From Moniliella sp. 'wahieum' (Eukaryota): a DNA stretch of 64,000 bases. The notes beneath the pieces were generated by a model. That model was not told the DNA's origin, ran no database searches, and saw only the letters and a program-made list of their open reading frames with translations. The stretch lies in contig RSEE01000006.1 of assembly GCA_003971905.1 (NCBI GenBank), positions 744,001 through 808,000 of the forward strand, read 5' to 3'. A program made the position numbers and the translations under genes. The number at the start of each line of letters is the position of its first letter. Position 1 is the stretch's first letter. Below are positions 63,992 to 64,000 of the stretch, one piece after another.

Positions 63992-64000
63992 GGCAGGCGG

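Overview
Gene-dense, GC-rich eukaryotic DNA with short GT-AG introns, consistent with a basidiomycete fungus (inference from gene content and intron style). Most genes, including essential cofilin and ribosomal uL15, are broken by small indels, which points to an unpolished assembly rather than pseudogenes, so gene boundaries are approximate. The window holds the 3' half of a Ty1/Copia element and about 19 genes: cofilin, ALDH, a single-pass membrane protein, MCM-BP, an AN1 zinc finger, two MFS transporters, a membrane-anchored GH79, a divergent formaldehyde dehydrogenase / copper amine oxidase pair, malic enzyme, MPDU1, a His-phosphatase, a bZIP, a PPR-like protein, a degenerate PHD-chromo-SNF2 protein, a secreted Ser/His-rich protein, Ede1/Eps15, a candidate gasdermin-like protein, RPL28 and SDH7. 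It also holds an 860-bp solo LTR with a TGCAT target-site duplication (TSD) and a 299-bp foldback element with TGT..ACA ends and a 5-bp TSD. The most striking unexplained signal is intergenic: many arrays with 7-bp phase, built from TNA plus a 4-bp palindrome (TGA-AGCT, TGA-ACGT, TGA-CTAG, TGA-CGCG, TGA-GCGC, TGA-TCGA, TTA-GGCC, TGA-CCGG and others). Different palindromic cores alternate in register within single arrays.
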